NCBI GenBank assembly: GCA_045837725.1
Contig: JBEWZL010000030.1
Coordinates: 310,001-374,000, forward strand
Direction of reading: 5' to 3'
Length of the DNA: 64,000 nt
Origin: Vermamoeba vermiformis
Taxonomy: Eukaryota
The notes below the pieces were generated by a model. That model was not told the DNA's origin. It worked only from the letters and a program-made list of their open reading frames with translations, and did not search any database. A program made the position numbers and the translations under genes. This document shows, piece after piece, positions 63,601 through 64,000 of this stretch; position 1 is the first letter of the stretch, and each line of letters opens with the position of its first letter.

Positions 63601-64000
63601 GTTCAACTTCGTCAACGAGTTGACCAACTACCTCTACCGCAACGGTATGAAACAATACATTGAAGCCTACGTTCAAAACTTCCCCGTCAACACACCCGCT
63701 GTCGTTGGTGCTCTTTTGGACAATGAGGCCAACGAAGACTTCATTCGTGGCTTGCTCCAAACTGTTGGTGGCTTGTGCTCCGTCGAATTGTTGGTTGATG
63801 AAGTCGAGAAGCGCAACAAGTTGAAGATTTTGCAAGGTTGGTTGGAGAAGAGAGTCTCTGAAAGCAACAAGGAACCCGCCACTCACAACGCTTTGGCCAA
63901 GATCTACATCGATACTCAACGTGACGCTGAGGCCTTCTTGACCACCAACATGTTCTACGACAGCAAGGTCGTCGGCAAATACTGCGAGAGCCGCAACCCT
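60625..64000 (+). CDS. CLTC: Clathrin heavy chain, 3'-partial
   Basis: TLQSDKFVCVRE, DSAIMHP, FWKWIS, GNMQLYS, ELARPVLQQGRKDLVEKWI, EELGD, PLIIVCNKFNFV, LVDEVEKRNKLK and VVGKYCESRNP; runs off the end of the window. Confidence 0.97.

Noticed and set aside
61875-63919. 197-aa and 448-aa minus-strand ORFs
   Set aside because: Antisense shadows of the clathrin heavy chain exons.

Overview
Gene-dense eukaryotic nuclear DNA with short GT-AG introns. It is most consistent with a free-living amoebozoan-type protist, but the species cannot be identified from the sequence alone. About 27 protein genes are supportable. They include housekeeping genes (deoxyhypusine synthase, PMM, catalase, CSTF2, phospholipase B-like, INO1, PDI, 5' part of clathrin heavy chain), signalling genes (class C GPCR with an OpuAC-type ectodomain, RhoGEF, LRR-TM-RasGAP, three PA-domain multipass proteins) and two bacterial-looking genes. 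A tRNA-Leu(AAG) and an intact 5S rRNA gene lie in introns of a head-to-head gene pair. A ~3 kb two-gene block is duplicated in inverted orientation around a ~17.8 kb spacer. The main candidate for an undescribed system is a ~4.5 kb AT-rich cassette at 51606-56115. It holds a spliced RAG1/Transib-like DDE transposase (internally deleted and frameshifted), an intact spliced TET/JBP-family dioxygenase and a convergent orphan ORF. It is bounded by bipartite inverted repeats (TCAGGTCAAT-N15/N14-ACCGTGTAAAAA), and no target-site duplication was found. All family calls are by-eye motif recognition and manual splicing; no database searches were run.
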